The notes below the pieces were generated by a model. It was not told the origin of the DNA. It searched no databases and saw only the letters and a program-made list of their open reading frames with translations. Below are positions 41,341 to 52,748 of a DNA stretch of 64,000 nucleotides, one piece after another. This stretch comes from Macrostomum lignano (Eukaryota): the NCBI GenBank assembly GCA_002269645.1, contig NIVC01003547.1, positions 1 through 64,000 of the forward strand. Reading direction: 5' to 3'. Each line of letters opens with the position of its first letter. The stretch's first letter is position 1. The position numbers and the translations under genes were made by a program.

Positions 41341-42539
41341 CGGGGCGCCCAAAATTAAGTTATTTTTGACTAAAGCTGCCGTGCGCTGATTGACGTCTGT
41401 GCGATGTAAGCTCCTCTTTTATGCATCACAATAGCATCGCCTGTTTAACTGCACAAGGGCAAAGCATTACTTGCTACCGGCTCAAGGGCTTTTCGAATCT
41501 GCCGGGACTAAAAATAGCATTTGAGTTACAGATCATCAAAATTGAGCAAGCACCCCCACCGTGTTTACACCTTTGGCTGAGGCTATGAAAGTGGTCCCTT
41601 GGTTACGCATGGCGTGTATGAGCAGAATTAAGACACCGAGTAAGTAGTCTTAAGCATTCTAGCATATTAGGGCTATGCGGCATGCATTAAACGCGCATTG
41701 CAATAAGCTAATAACAAAAAATATTTAACTACTGGCAGTAGGGCATATAGAACATAGTCTGCTACAAAGCAAAAAAGTTATTTTTCTAATTAAGACGTCA
41801 GTTTCCACATGAACAGTTACAGTCTGAGGTGGGTTGACAAGGTTGTTAAGGTCAATTTTTTTATGCTGCTGGAAGCTTTGAAATTTTAATTTGATAATTA
41901 TTTCAGCCTGTTATCCACGTTGTCAGTTTGTTTTACCGCGTGTGTTTCTAAGAAATACCGTACTGTTTGAAATGTATTTTAATCGCCAGTCGCAAGTGCA
42001 GCAACGCCCAACCCACCAGTGAACCGAGCTTCTATCTTATTATCTACTTCTAACACCACCATGGACACAATTTACCATTGTATGATTTTGGAGGGGTATT
42101 TTGGAGTCTACCGATAATATGAACAATTGATGCACGCCTTTTCGAATGTCAGCAGGCAGTAGTGTATGTCGATTGGCCGAATCCCGATTGCATGGCCTCT
42201 TGTCTGGAAAAACCTGCCTTCGCACGCAAAAAGTAGATGCATTCGATTCGCAGTTCCGTGCTGCCGAAACCAATTGCATAGAAAGGAATCCGCACACTTT
42301 GCAATGTTTTATTTTTCAAGAGTGCATAATTATATTCGTTGCAAGTTCGAGATATGCTAAGTCGAAAAAATATTGTTAAATGAACGTCTGGTATCATGGC
42401 TCAATTTGTCGAAATGGGATGTTTGATTTGAAACACACATTGATCTGTTATTATCTTAAAGGGAATCCATAAATATCAACATACATCAATATATACATAT
42501 ATTGTATATCAATGCATCAGTAAAAAGCAAAGAAAAAGT

Positions 42540-43391
42540 TCAGGACTTCAACTGAGCGCCTTCAGCGCCGATAATGAGCTGATCGAATTGCAGATTGTGG
42601 CTGCCCGCATTCTCCAGGCTGCTGGTTGAGCTGGCTACCAGCAGTTCGATGTGCCGCCGGCGTCGCTTAGTTGCCATAGAAACAGCTACGAAGGAAGCCA
42701 CTGCCAGCAGGGCCAGCAGCACAGCAGCAGCGGCCAGGATGAGCAGAACCGGCCAGCCGCTCGGGGTCGGTTGAGACAGGCTGGCGCCCACCATGGGCAC
42801 GTAGTCGGGCTCGTCACAGACGTCCCCGGTCCAGCCCGACGGGCACTGGCAGAAGACTCTCACTTTTGTCAGAGCCTAAAGGCGATTATGCAAGTGAAAT
42901 TGGACAATTATATGATAGTTACCGTTAGCAGATAAAAAACACTAATTTTTGGTGCCGGAGCAGCTCAGAGGTAAAGGCATTTGCTAGCTGCCTCTCGTAC
43001 CACGACCCCTGGTTCGATTCCGCGGTGCACACTCATCTTAATTTGAGGCTTTGAGTACGAAAAATTGGCCAGGGGTTTTGAGCGATTCACAAGCATGAGG
43101 GCCAACCTCCAAAGGCACAGAGTGTACATGCCTGCATGACGATTAGAAAGGCAGGGCCGTGGTGCATCCTGTGTGAGCGTGTGTGCATGTATGACGTGTT
43201 CAGGAGTCAGCAGAAAGGGCCAGGGTTCTTACAACTCCCCTGCGAGTAATAATTATTAGATTATCACTAATTATTCAAGCTTTAATTGTCACCTGACAGA
43301 AACCGCCCTCCAGACAGACGCTGCCGTACATGTCCCGGAGGATTTGCAGTTGGCTTTCGGTGCAATTCTTCAGCAACGGAAATGAACTCAT
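42540..43391 (-). CDS. Single-EGF-domain membrane protein, paralog C (144 aa from first Met)
   Basis: Exons 43391-43293 (CAG|gtgaca) and 42875-42540 (tttag|GCT), phase 0. The EGF region is nearly identical to paralog A; the TM and tail differ (..TKRRRRH..). Confidence 0.87.
42955..43225 (+). mobile_element. SINE family 2, copy with tRNA-like head, in the intron of paralog C
   Basis: A-box-like AGCTCAGAGGTAAAG, B box GGTTCGATTCC, then the family 2 body. Confidence 0.8.
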
Positions 43392-43499
43392 GACTGTATT
43401 TGATATGGCTGTAATTCTTAGTCTATCGACAGGTAGCAGCACGAATTTTGGGTAATACTCTCGTTTTTAGCGGGATGGAGGATTGATTGCAGAGCGGTA

Positions 43500-43507
43500 T
43501 ATTTATA
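43500..43507 (-). promoter_or_regulatory. Putative TATA box of EGF-TM paralog C
   Basis: TATAAATA on the minus strand ~110 bp upstream of the ATG at 43391. Confidence 0.4.
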
Positions 43508-44102
43508 GCCAAGCAAGTGTGGCATTGCCCCTCCCCCAATTGAAGTAATAGTTGACATGCTATTAAGCGTGGGCGAGGGCTAGACAGACAGGCCTGCCAC
43601 AAAGTAAAAGATGGTCCGCGTTCTTCGCTCTACCCCCCAAAAACAAGCAAGAATGCGAATGCCCTCGAAACTGTATGCCAATGATGAGAGATGATACGCT
43701 TGTCGGCAATTCATTTTACAAGGTTGTTACTTAGAGAAATTCCGTTTTTTGGTTGTTTGAAATAACGTCCAAAAAATAGGTGTGTTTTGCTTCAGGTTGT
43801 AAACACAATGAAATTAAAAAGTAGAACGGCGAGAATTTATGAGTAATGTGTCGCACTCTGGACTGTAGCTCGAAAAGGAACATTCGAACTCACGCTGTTG
43901 TCCTTTAGCGCAGAAACCTAAAAGACAAGATTTAGTCAAGGTCCTTGGATTCAGTGTAGACGTAATGGATCCTAGACAGATTTTTTCGGATCCTAGTCAT
44001 TGCGTCGACTGCCATTTCGTCAACTCATCCACAAATGGAGGGGACACTCGCTTGGTCACTTTGTCAAACAGTCTATAATAAGATAAGCACCGTCGGTCAC
44101 TG

Positions 44103-44240
44103 TGTCAACTGCCACTAGGATAACCCCAAATCTTTGGCCACGTCGTCAACTGCCACTAGGGTAACCCAGAATCTTTGGCCACGTCATCAACTACCACTAG
44201 GGTAACCCTAAATCTTTGGTCACTTCGTCAACCCAGTTGA
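44103..44240. repeat. ~40-bp repeat, 3 copies (TCAACTGCCACTAGGGTAACCC..ATCTTTGGCCACG)
   Basis: Directly visible. Confidence 0.85.
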
Positions 44241-44739
44241 TGAAACGGCAGTTAACGAAGTCACGGACTTCTTAAGGGCTTTTATATGCTTATGTGCAAG
44301 TATTAGTTAGTTCGAAAGTGTTGTGGTGACTCTGAAAGTTTCAGGAGTCAAATGACAGAGTCAAATGAAGTCAAATGAAGAGTCAAGTGACATGACAGGA
44401 AGAATGAACAGTAGGCCGTGACCAGAGGACAAAGCATTGTGGTATTGAGAGATAATGTACACAGGGAGGGATATAGGGGATATCAAGAGATTGTGAGAGA
44501 AAGAATCTAGGACAGCGGATGAGGGGACAGCCAGCTCTCATTAAAAATGGGTTCGTACTCTTTTTGACCCAGCTTTCGTCTATGTACTGTAGATCTAACT
44601 CATTGACTTGATGCGAGGCTTTATCTCTTGAGTTCTATCGATCTCTCAGTTTCTCCAACCACTCTTGCTTCTCTCGATCCCAGTCTGTCACGAGATAGCA
44701 TCTGTAGTGCTCACGCGAGCTCAATTTATATGTACATCG

Positions 44740-47700
44740 GCCTTGCCCTCAGGAAGCAGCCAGGTGGGTCAGCCCGCGAGCCGCCAAAGACTAACAGCAA
44801 ATGCATCCGCTGCGGAGAGTCTGGACACCGAAGCTGCAACAAGGCCCAGGGCAAGAAGTGCGATAGCTGTGGCAAGATGAACCCCTCGCTAAGGCTTGTC
44901 TCAGTAGCCGTTCGCGCATCAACGCACTTGGCCACAACTCGGACGAACCGACCGACCAGTCATACGAGGAAGTGTTCTGCACGCTGGAAGACAAGAACGG
45001 GAGCGCAAAGTTCGTCATCAGCATCAACGGCCACGCAGTCAGGGCGCTCATCGACAGCGGAGCGAGCTGCAACGTGCTCGACCTGTGCACCTTCAGGCGG
45101 ATCAGCAACCCGGGCACCAGGATCGAGCCCTGCAGCACAAGGGTTTTCCCACTTGGCGCAAGCCAACCGCTGCATGGCCGTTGAGGGACAAGCCAGGCTG
45201 ATCGTGTCGGCAAACGGGCACAAGCTGCAGCCGAACTTCATCATCATAAAAAGCAGCTGCACCCCATCATCGGAAGACAGACCAGCACCGAGCTCGGCAT
45301 GCTACAGGTCGACCCGCTACAAGCAACCCGTATTAGTGGCAGGTCTCACCGGGTCACGAAGCATCAACGACCAGCACCCGACCGACAACCCGCAGCTGCA
45401 AAGCGTCCTGACCGAATTCGAGGATAGGTTTCACGGCATCGGCTGCGTCAAAGGCGTCCGCGTTACCATCAAGCTGCGTCCCGAAGCCACGCCAACATGC
45501 CAAGCACCATCACGCGTGCCAGTGCACCTCAGAGACGCCGTCAGAAAAGAGCTGGAAGAGCAGCTTGCTCAGGGCATCATCGAGCGTGTCCACGGACCTA
45601 CAGCATGGTGCTCAAGAATGGTGGCTGTTCCAAAAGACGACAAGGGACAAGGGAATCCGTATCACCCAGGATCTCCGCGAGGTCAACAAATTCGTGATTC
45701 CCGAGAAGCAACCGATTCCCACATTTGAGGAGGTTACGGACGAGATTTTTCTCAGAGTTAGATGTCGCCAAGGCCTTTCATCAAATCGAGGTGGCCGAAG
45801 ATTCGAGGGAGCTCCTGACCTTCTCAACGCCACTAGGCCTTATGCGACTGAGGCGCCTCTGCATGGGCTATACGTCAGCCTCCGAAATACTGCAGCGACT
45901 GTTCTGAGCGGACTCCCAGCGTGCGCTGGGTACACGACGACATCCTCATCTACGCCAAGTGTATCGAAGAGCACAACCAGCGACTGCGCGACTGTCTGCA
46001 GCGGCTGTGAGACCACAATATCACTCTCAACAGGGCGAAGTGCAGGTTCGCGCAGCAAGAAGTCGACTTCCTCGCCATGCGCCTCACAGCAGCCGGAATC
46101 CATCCCAGCACAGAGAAGGTGGCGGCCATTAACTGCTTCTAAAGACCGACCAACGCTACCGAGGTCAGCCTCGTCACCTTTGTCGCTCGCTTCATTAGCA
46201 ACCTGTCCGACAGGGCACGGCCGCTCCGAGATCTGACAAAGCACGGGGCAGAGTGGACGTGGGGCGACCATCAAGAAGCAGCTTTCATCGACATCAAGCG
46301 CACGATAGCCAGTTGCCAGGCGCTGGCATTCTTCAGCAAAGACCTGCAGTCCCAGCTGATTGTCGATGCCAGTCCAACCGGAGCCGGCGTCATCCTAGCC
46401 CAAGTGCAGCCTGATGGTTCGATTCGACCGGTGGCCTACGCGAGCCGCAGCCTCAGCGCCACCGAGCAGCGGTACTCGCAGACCGAGCGCGAGGCACTCG
46501 CAGTAAAGTATGGCTGCCTAAAATTTCATCATTATCTCAGCGGCTGTGAGCACTTTAAAGTCATAACTGACCACAGACCGCTCGTCTCGATGTTCAGCCC
46601 AGGATCTCGGCCGCATGGGTCTCGGCCGCAGAATTGAACACATGGCTCTCCGACTGCAGGACCTTGCCTTCAGCGTCGTTTACCAGCCCGGAGCCGGAAA
46701 CCCGTCCGACGTGCTCAGCCGGCAACCGCTACCGCAGCCGCCAAACAACGGAGGCGAGCGGGCCGACGCAGCGTTCGTTACCATGGTCATCCAGGCGGCG
46801 ACTCCGGTGTCTCTCAGCATATCAGCGATCAAGGCGGCTTCGGAGCAGGACCCGACAGTGCAGGCTGCATGCCGCGCCATTCGCACTGGCAGCGGATCTA
46901 AAAGACATCCGAGGCGTCAGGCACGAGCTGTCGGAACACGATGGCCTCCTATTGCGCGGCAGCCAGCTGTTCGTGCCTGGGGTGCTGCGGTTCCGGTGCC
47001 TTCAACTGCCCTATCAAGGACACCAAGGCATGCGGAAGACACTAGACCGCCTGCAGTCAAAGGTGTGGTGGCCCGGCATGCGCTCGGCAGTGGAGACTCA
47101 TGTGGCCACCTGCATCAGCTGCGCGGCATGCAACAGCGAGGCGACTACGAAGGCAACGCCCTTGAAGCCGACGGATCTGCCGGATGGGCCATGGCTCGAT
47201 CTCGGCCTTGACTTCCTGGGGCCCGTCAAAGGAAAGTCGTTACTCGTCTGCACCGATCACTTTTCTCGATTTCCGCTGGTTGAAGTTATGGCAGACACAA
47301 CGGCCGCCGCCACCATACGCGTGCTCAGACGGTGGTTTAGCATCTTCGGCCAGCCGCTCAAGGTGTCAACCGACAACGGGCCGCCTTTCTCATCATCGGA
47401 TTTCACCAGCTTCCTGAAAGACCAAGGAGTCCACCATCGTCGGATCACGCCGCTCTACCCGCAGGCTAACGGAGCCACCGAGCGCTGCAACAAGGGGCCT
47501 CAACAAAGCCATACGCTCAGATGTCACCGAAGGCAAAGACTGGACGGCAGCTGTCGACGAATACCTGGCCGCGTACCGGCGCACGCCGCACAGCTCGACA
47601 GGAGTCGCCCCAGCTAACCTGCTCTTCGGACGCCAGGTCAATGAGACAATCCCCAGTCTTCACCACTCGCGACCTGTGAAAGCGACGCTTGTACATCGGC
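44740..47700 (+). mobile_element. Decayed Ty3/Gypsy gag-pol (gag knuckles, PR, RT, RH, IN); no LTRs found
   Basis: Motifs CIRCGESGH..CDSCGK, LIDSGASCN, QDLREVN, LDVAKAFHQ, DDILIY, IVDASPTG, AYASRSLS..YSQTEREAL, TDHRPL, GHQG..CISC, LDFLGP and TDNGPPF..PLYPQANGATER. In-frame stops at 46008 and 46140 plus several frameshifts. The Mag-like affinity is inference. Confidence 0.93.
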
Positions 47701-49075
47701 TTTGCGTACAATTCATGCACTTCAAGTGCGGCGATTCTCCACCCCCTCACTCTGGTGGCGTGATTTTATTTCATACGGTAGTCTGAAAATAAATAAATAT
47801 CGATCAGCCCACCTAGCAGGGCTCCACCTTTCGTCTCAGCAAACTCTGGCCTTTCTTACTATAGCCATTACAAGGACAGAAGAGACGAGACGAGTCGAGA
47901 AAGCCAATTGTCAAGTCAAGTCAAGTCAAGTCAAGTCCATGGACCTACAGCATGGTGCTCAAGAATGGTGGCTGGTTAATTAGCAACGGCAGAGGAGCAA
48001 GCAATGAAACCACTTGGGTCGCAGTTCTTCTAATTGTGCATGCGAATCGTCAGATGTAATATGTTGCTATGGGGGGGGGCGAGGCTAGGCTAGTTGAGGG
48101 TGGTTGGTTGCCGTTTTTTTTTCATAATTGTAGCCATTGAGGAGGACTCAGGCCCGGATGAGGCTAATCTATTGAGTTTCGCCGTCTCAAGTGGCGTCAG
48201 CACCAGCACGTGTCGATCCACCCCCTTAGATACATGTAGCTTAATTAATTGGCTTTCAAATTGAAGCGTTCTTTATTAATTCCTTCTGGGGAGGACCCTT
48301 TGCTGGAGGAATTTCAGTGAAGGCCTTTTTCTGTTTAGGGTCTGAACAAAAACAATTTTTTTGCGCTGGTTTTCTGTTAACTTATCGCTAAAAAATGAAC
48401 CGACAATCAAAGGCACCAAAGTTCCTTATTTTATTTCCAAATTGCTTAAGACTAACTAGTAAGTATTAAAACAAAGAAATAACTCTGCGTTGTAATAAAA
48501 ATAAGAAAGGACTAAAATTGACTAGTGATGTACAGAAACTAGTTTATTTACAATACGATTTGATTTTGAAGCAATTTCTTAAATTTTTCTTTGGCAGAAT
48601 TTTCTAGAATATTCACCAGTGACGACTGCAAATTGGAAAACAAACGTGTATATAGATAGACGTTATTAATAGTTATCGTTCGTCGAAAAAAGTGTCGTTT
48701 ATTCTAGAACGTCTTGAAGTTTTTTGTGTAGGCCCTAGTCAACAAGCAAACAATTATGCGATTACTCACTGAGATAGCTCATTTATTTTGTATAAAATGA
48801 ATAAAACGAGATCAGTCTATTCAGTTAGGCCCTAGGCGGCAGGGCAGGCCAGTTAAGCCTATACTACAGCCTACAGCTACAGGTACAGCATATGTGAGCC
48901 TAGGCCTAATAAAGAATAGAAAAGCAAGATGTTAGTAGACCTAATGCTTTGTATATGACAACGAAGTAGGCTGAAGGGGGCCTGAAGCCTGAAAGCCATA
49001 TTGACTAATGACTATAGGCCTATGTCAGTCTACATATTTTTAAAAGCCTTAGGACTAAGGACTTGAGTGTGGCAC

Positions 49076-49530
49076 CTGGTAAAATGAGGAATCTGCAGCA
49101 GAATCAGAATGAAATAGCTTGCTAAAATGCGGAAACTGTAGTGGAATGGTAAAATGCAGAATGAGCAATGGAATCTATTAACTTTAACTAAAATGCACAC
49201 GCAAAGTAGCTAAAGTGCATTATGATCTATTATATATAATCTTATAACAATAAAGCTTTCAAAATTTTACTAGACTTCTAGAAAGGAAATTGATAATAAT
49301 TTTCAACACCCATTAGCCATATTATTCACAAGAGAACCTATAATATCTTTTTTATACAGTTAAAATGCTATAGGCAAAACTATATATTTTGCATTTTACT
49401 TCAAGTTAGGCCCAGTGGATTATGCAGTTGATTTTACATTTTACCATTTTGCTAGGCCCTACAGATTCTGCATTTTACTGTGCTATTCTATTCTATTCCA
49501 ATTCCATTAAAGATTCTGCATTTTACTGGG
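49076..49530. mobile_element. Possible decayed MITE with GTAAAATGCAGAAT-type inverted ends
   Basis: GGTAAAATG..GAATC repeats on the left, GATTCTGCATTTTAC repeats on the right; no TSD found. Confidence 0.4.
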
Positions 49531-49777
49531 GAGGGTAGGCTACTCATAAGTGTAACATTGGCATGGTACACATTTTTGTCTAAAAATGTTCTGGAGCATA
49601 GTGGACATAATCCTGATTATGGTCTATATCCATATCTATCTGTGACCCTGGTTGTCTAAATTTTTATAGCCTAATTATATCATTGCTAATTAATGAATAA
49701 TTTCCTGTTTTACTCTTCCTATAACTTTTAATAATTTAAAATCAAATGGCAATCACTCTCTATTGTTTACTATAGAG

Positions 49778-50511
49778 CAGGGGTCGGCAAACTTTTTTCA
49801 GTGCGGGCTGGATTGGACGACTGGCTGAGGTGGTGGGCCAAAAAAATGCACAACAAATTGAGGCTATAAATGACAATTTGGTATCCTATAGAATCGTTTG
49901 TTAAATTATTTTTTCGCTTGAATTTAATTCATTTCTAATTTTAGAGTAAAAATGTAAACAAGTGAACAATCCAACAGTTTAACATGTACTGGCAGCTAAA
50001 TTGTTTGTTATAGTTAATTGCCAAATCAAATTAAAAAATTGTGGAAAAATGTGTCCTGGATAAAATTACCCAGTGACACTATTACCCCTATTACCCAACG
50101 TTAAAATAGTACCCTCGTGTCGTGATGTGGCAATTGACTATAACAAACAATTTAGCTGCCAGTATATTTAATTGTAAACTGTTAGATTGTTCACTTGTTT
50201 CATATTTTTGGACTCTAAAAATAGAAAGAAATCGAATTCAAATAAAAATTAATTTAACGAACGATTCTACTAAAGGATAGCCGACAATTTTATATGATAG
50301 ACCAAATGCCACCAACAACACGACAATTGAAATTGACACAGTATTGTGATAGGAATGCCGAGGTGAAAGCTAATTTTGCTTGAAAAGTTGAATGTTTCAA
50401 CACAAAATTGGTTCGCGGGCCACTTTTACATTGTCAGATAGTAAGAGTGCTGCGGGCCGGACTTGAAGATGACGCGGGCTGGATCTGCGGGCCGCAGTTT
50501 GCTGACCCCTG
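49778..50511. mobile_element. hAT (Charlie-like) MITE, 734 bp, with perfect 8-bp TSD
   Basis: TIRs CAGGGGTCGGCAAAC and GTTTGCTGACCCCTG; TSD CTATAGAG at 49770-49777 and 50512-50519. Confidence 0.93.
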
Positions 50512-50547
50512 CTATAGAGTAACTCTATTATTTTATTTATTTAGGGG

Positions 50548-51690
50548 GGCCATAGCCTAGCAGTAGCGCAGCTGCTCTGGTGTGCCAGCGACCTAGGCTC
50601 GATTCCAAGTGCAGTCACATTAATTTAGGGCTGAATTAGAATCTCAGCTTGGCTCTGCTTGTGCAATTAATGGCCTTGAGAGACGGTTCCTGGACACTTC
50701 GTCATCTTACTACTTCGTCATCCACTCATATTTCTAGACACTTCGTCATCTTACCACTTCGTCATCTACGATACTATTGTGGACACATCGTCATCTACTC
50801 CCTGGACACTTCGTCATCCACTTTGTCTGAAAAACTTATTGAATGAATAGCTATATGTAACTTTGTCAGCTAAGTTGTATTGAGTAGTCATAAATATAGG
50901 TGGCTACACTGAGTATTAACTAACTGATTAACTAACTGATAATTAATGTGGATTAACTATGACAGGGGAAGAGCTGGAGAAGAGAAGATATCGTGATCAG
51001 TACAAAATTAAATTCTACTCGCGGTTTTGAATACATACAAAATCTTGTAATCATACAGTGAAACAAAAATAATAATGAATTGTAAATTTGCATACCTGAA
51101 TAGCAAAATTAAATACAATTTAAAAAATAAATAATAATAAATACTAAAAAATACACTATTCATAAACATAATTAAATCTACATTGTTACAACTCCACACA
51201 TGGTTATGGAAGCGAAGCTATAATAAAATTACAATCAACACTTGTACACATATAGCGTGCATTTAGATGCCAATTATAGCGAGAAGTTAAATCCCTAAAC
51301 ATGTATTTAATCCTATATTTTACATACTATTGATTGAGAAACAATTTACATATATAAAAAACAATCGAATAACAATTTTACAGCTTTGCAAAATCTTGCG
51401 ATGACGAAGTGTCCTCAAAATTTGGTCACTTCGTCATCTAGATTTCTAACAATTTTTTTGTATGATGAAGTGTCCAAAAACCATGGTCACTTCGTCATCT
51501 GGATGACAAACTGGTAAGATGACGAAGTGTCTAGGAACCTGAGAGACAACCCCCCAAGGCGCAGTAAAGTGTACATGCCTAACAATAAAATAAAGTTAGG
51601 GCCACTGTGGATTCCTGTGTGATTGTGTGCCTGCATATGTATCCGCGCGCTTGTATGCCTGCTCAGTGGAGTTGGCGGAATGGGCAGTAA
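50548..51690 (+). mobile_element. SINE family 2 copy split by a MITE
   Basis: The tRNA-like head (TAGCCTAGCAGTAGCG..GGCTCGATTCC) at 50548-50684 resumes as the body CCCCCAAGGCGCAG.. after 51540. Confidence 0.7.
50685..51539. mobile_element. 855-bp MITE with 26-bp TIRs and 8-bp TSD (Merlin-like)
   Basis: TIR GGTTCCT(G/A)GACACTTCGTCATCTTAC at 50685-50710 and 51514-51539; TSD TGAGAGAC at 50677-50684 and 51540-51547; subterminal CACTTCGTCATC repeats. Confidence 0.9.
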
Positions 51691-52276
51691 TGCCTCGCCA
51701 GTTGTGCAACAATGTTGCTTAAAGTGCGCCAGGGTGCACACAACCCCCTGCCTCTAATAAAAAAACTATTATTTACTATACTATTGTTTACTCTATATTG
51801 TTTTATTATTAGGCCTATATTAAAATGAGTGAAGTAAAGAATGCAAGCAACAGTTTAACTTTTCATTCAATAATGGTATTTCATTTATTTATTATACAAA
51901 AATGGCTGGGACTGCATTTTTCTTAACTTTAGCTCCTAGCTACCATTCCAATTTCAAAATGTGATTGCTTGATATATAAAAAATATAAAAAATATATTGC
52001 TTGAGTCGTAACCTTAGAGAGTTAAAACTTCTTCTAGGCTCACAAATTATAAAAAACTAGCAACATTTATTCATTTCTATTGTTTTATCTCTCTACTATT
52101 TTGCCTGAAATCAAGGATTTCAATAACATTTAAGCTTAAGTCTAATATTGAGTGGCTAATATTTAGCCATATCTATGTATTCTACCTAAAAAACCTTTGT
52201 CATAGCCCATAGCCATAACAATTGCAATAAACTTGTCTTAGAGTTAGTTCTTAGAGCCCAAGTGCTTAAGTTAAAA

Positions 52277-52617
52277 GGCATGTCAACTCAAGCTCTTATA
52301 GTGGAGCTCAAGTAACCTATATACACAAATGATTGTTATTCTGTTCAAATGACACCAGAAAATAGTTTGGCAAAAAAGCAACAAGAATTAGACTTAGGAG
52401 AACAAGCAAGGGGATAATTAGGTACTATTATGTTAACTTGAGCTCATATAGTAGAGTCTCTATAATTATCCCCCTTGCTTGTTCTCATTTATCCCAAGTC
52501 AATTTTTGTCACTTTTTGCAAAACCTAGCTATTAGTGTCATTGTGAGCAAAAATCACAAATCATTTTGTATAGATAGGTTACTCAGACTCCACTTTATGA
52601 GCTCAAGTTGACAGGCC
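52277..52617. mobile_element. ~340-bp palindromic (hairpin) MITE-like element
   Basis: Outer arms GGCATGTCAACTCAAGCTCTTATAGTGGAG.. and ..CTCCACTTTATGAGCTCAAGTTGACAGGCC; inner arms GAGAACAAGCAAGGGATAATTA and TAATTATCCCCCTTGCTTGTTCTC. Confidence 0.75.
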
Positions 52618-52748
52618 ATTTGATTCCTGGGTTGACGAGGTTGTGGTCCAATATTGACCTTGTGCATGACTGTTTGCCTCCTTGCTTGCTGTCATTGCCT
52701 TAATTTTTGCCATTGCCAATAACTCACTTGGTCTTGCAGCTTGCATAA

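Noticed and set aside
42955-43030. tRNA genes at SINE heads (also 60044 and 50548)
   Set aside because: A and B boxes are present, but there is no cloverleaf and each runs into a repeated SINE body.
44628-45728. 366-aa ORF as a host gene
   Set aside because: It is a mosaic of Gypsy gag, protease and RT frames joined by frameshifts.
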